Part shown: in pieces, positions 61,119-64,000 of the stretch
Position numbering within the stretch: the stretch's first letter is position 1
How the letters are laid out: the number at the start of each line of letters is the position of its first letter
The notes under the pieces: generated by a model
Databases searched by the model: none
Told to the model about the DNA's origin: nothing
The model's input: the letters and a program-made list of their open reading frames with translations, nothing else
Origin: Glycera tridactyla
Lineage: Eukaryota
Assembly: GCA_965644265.1 (NCBI GenBank)
Contig: OZ286477.1
Span: 20,026,001 to 20,090,000 of the forward strand
Reading direction: 5' to 3'
Length of the DNA: 64,000 nucleotides
Translations under genes and position numbers: made by a program

Positions 61119-64000
61119 TTAATCATCCCTGCAGGCAACCATTCCTGATTGCTGGCATTGCTCTTGCCCCGACCAGGATTGGAAGTGGTGTGAATATGGG
61201 TGAGATGAGCAAACATTGGAGGCGACCAGCATGAGGCGAGCAAACAATGAGCAGCTTCACCAGATTAGCACCATTAAAGTAATCCGCACTGTCTGCTGTG
61301 TATCCTGCCGGTTGGTCGTGACAAGTCCGCGTCTCTCCTTGTACAAGCCGTGACGAATCCGCGGCTATCCGTCCACAAACCGTACCAGTCACTTCAATCA
61401 GATCAAGCAGTAACAAGAGCGCCAATACACATATTGGAGAATTTGCTCATCGACTGTCTCAAAGACCATTTGAACGATAATTCAACTATTTCAACCAAAT
61501 CCCACGTCAGTCATGTGGACATAAGCAGTCACACAGAATTATCCCCCGAGGTTTGGCTTGTCACGCAGATGGCAATATCATCCGCATCAATGGAAGGGCA
61601 CTCACTGAGAGGGAAATTGACTGTCAGTACATGACATCGTGACTGGCAAAGAGCCATTTCATTCATCAGTAATTTGGAATCAGGTTTTGAGACACATTGC
61701 AGTGTAGTTGAACCTGCCCAAGTTCACCTCTTCAGAGGAACATAACAATTGACTGGCAACAGGGACGTTTCTTCAAAATGTAGTTGTAGGGTGGGTTAAA
61801 GGGGTTGTCGGTTCAAGTGATACTTCCAGTAATCTGCACAGTGGGCATGACAATATTCTATACTGAACAGATTCTCAAGAAATGCCACTTTTAGGTGGTT
61901 TCAACCGTGGTCTTTGTAGACAGGTGTGCCTGTATGCAGCATCTTGGGGAAACATGAATATCGACTGACGAGATGGTCGCTCCTACAAAGTGTAGTTGTA
62001 GGGTGAAGGTATTGAAGTGGTGGGTTCAGGTGCTACCTCTTTTCATTGGTATATCTCATTTGAAAAGGATACCACAACATTTGTTCAGTAGATGGGTGAT
62101 GTTACATAGATATTCTTCTCAGAAGCATTCGTTGTGATGACTAAAAAAGTAAGATTCTGTCAGTGATTTAACATGTCCAGAGAGAAGCTGATCAGCCGAA
62201 GATAGTACTAATATGAATTTGTGACCCGCCTGCATCGTACCAGCTCAAATGCCACCCATTTACCCAATCATTGGTCACCCACCTGACCTACCCATCAGCC
62301 CAGTAACTAATCCTCTCATGTCCATTGCATAGGCATCACAATATAGCACATATGGTGCTGGCGTGACGTCGAGCTACGTTCACACTTATATAGTTTCAGA
62401 GGTGACCAGACGTGGTGAGCAGGTCGGGCGCACACCTGGAGGGTGTTCCCATCTCAGCCACTGTTCATCATATCAGGTCGGGACTGTAACATTCCAACCA
62501 TATCTCAGCCACATTTGATCAGGTAAGACCATGGGAACATGGGTACAGGTAGAACAGCAATGGTTTCTAAGCAGGGCTAGGTTATTGCATGAGACCAATA
62601 TTTTCTGGATGGGTTGGATGTGGATAATTCCGACAGGGCAGAGACATGCCTGGCTTGTCTTGACCGGGGTGGAGTCACTGTCGAGCCATGATTCTTTTGT
62701 TCATTATTTGTCATGTGGTCAGTCTGTCTGGTTGGTCAGATTAGTTAGGTGGTTGGTTGGGTGCCGTTGTATCGGTGGTGATGATTGGTTGGTCGGTTGT
62801 CTCGCGAATGCCATCTGGGCTGAAATGAGTATTGATATAGGTCTGATCACTCCTCCTTCTTAGACTACTAGCATGAGTCGTTGGTGGTGGTCATGGCAGT
62901 GGTGGTGGTGGCAGTGCTGGTGGCAGTGGTGGTGGTAGTGCTGGATGCGGATGCGGTTGCGGTGGCAGCAGCGGCGACGGTGGCCGTGGCAGCGGCGGTC
63001 AAACCATATATGTGAGAAAGTGCATTGGGCACAACATACATGGATGGAAGATGATCAAGAGCTTCGTCAATGCCTCTGTTCTGAAGTTTGAAGGCAACTT
63101 GCGGTGGCTCAGGGCTCAGGTGTCCATATGGCCACACCAGTCAACACCGCCTGCTTCTGTCATACCTGAACCTCAGCAAAACCATCTCTCAACCATCACC
63201 CAACCATGTACAGATTCCCCAGACTGCCTATAGGTGTACCCCACCCATATGTGATGCAGAGATCACCACAAGTCAACCACGAGCCGGCCGGAACTAAAAC
63301 ATGCTGATGACACTCCAAACTCTTTAATAAGCAGCAATGACCATGTGCCCTTTCAACATGCAAGAAGACGATGTCACAGTGTTGCTTCTGATTCGACGGT
63401 ACGTGGTCAGGCAAACTGCCATAAACACGATAATGCTTTTGTGTCAGCAAGATCTCTCTGTCACTCTCCCCCACCTCTCCACGTGGTTTTATCACCTGCG
63501 TATTATGGGGCTACAGGCCTCAAAGTTGGCCATCAACGTTCCATGTGGTGTCCACTTAGGTTATAGGGGCAGCTCTATTTTCAGGTCAACTGAAACTTTG
63601 CTGTCATTAAGGAATCATGTGCCTGATATATCGAAGTACTTTCTATGGTAAACCCTGTTCAATACGCAAGTGTCAGGACATAACTACACATGGGAGCTCT
63701 ATATGTCCTCGGAAAGTCTCGAGAAAAACCAATGCAGCCAGTAGTGATGGAATACTGCCTACATGTAACGAACAGTAAAATTGTTACATGTGGTACGAAA
63801 CCTTGAAAGGAATTCAAGACGGACGCAGAGCAACTCTTACTAGAAAGAAATATCGCCGTCCAAACATGCGTCTTGCGGCAGGAAATATGGATACGGCCGA
63901 GTTCTCTTTTAACGAGTCAGAGATGATATCCTGATGAGTTCTCTCAATACCCCTGCACCAGGACAATCAGGAAAACAACCTCCTCATTTCAGCATGGCTA

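Overview
Eukaryotic (metazoan) genomic scaffold with canonical GT-AG introns and 10 N-gaps. The SINE/HINE/MITE repertoire suggests a lophotrochozoan, probably a mollusc (inference). Three genes can be assembled exon by exon. (1) A + strand SNX10/11-type PX-domain sorting nexin (651-9526, 5 coding exons, 318 aa). (2) A - strand secreted, bacterial-type PI-PLC X-domain protein (24819-22425) with a signal peptide split over 2 exons and an intron-free catalytic domain. (3) A - strand, 13-exon, highly divergent SLC6/NSS transporter (60465-47166) in which the Na1, Na2 and gate residues I could align are replaced. A fourth, unrecognised - strand gene is suggested by phase-compatible exons at 40022-39974, 38412-38269 and 35016-34882. 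Intergenic and intronic DNA holds Tc1/pogo-like MITEs, two CAGGG-ended MITEs with 5-bp target duplications, a Helentron-type HINE, LINE and SINE relics and seven minisatellite arrays. Five of these arrays, plus a 79-bp duplication, abut or swallow 3' splice sites. There are no rRNA or tRNA genes or CRISPR arrays. All alignments to known families were done by eye from memory; no database search was run.
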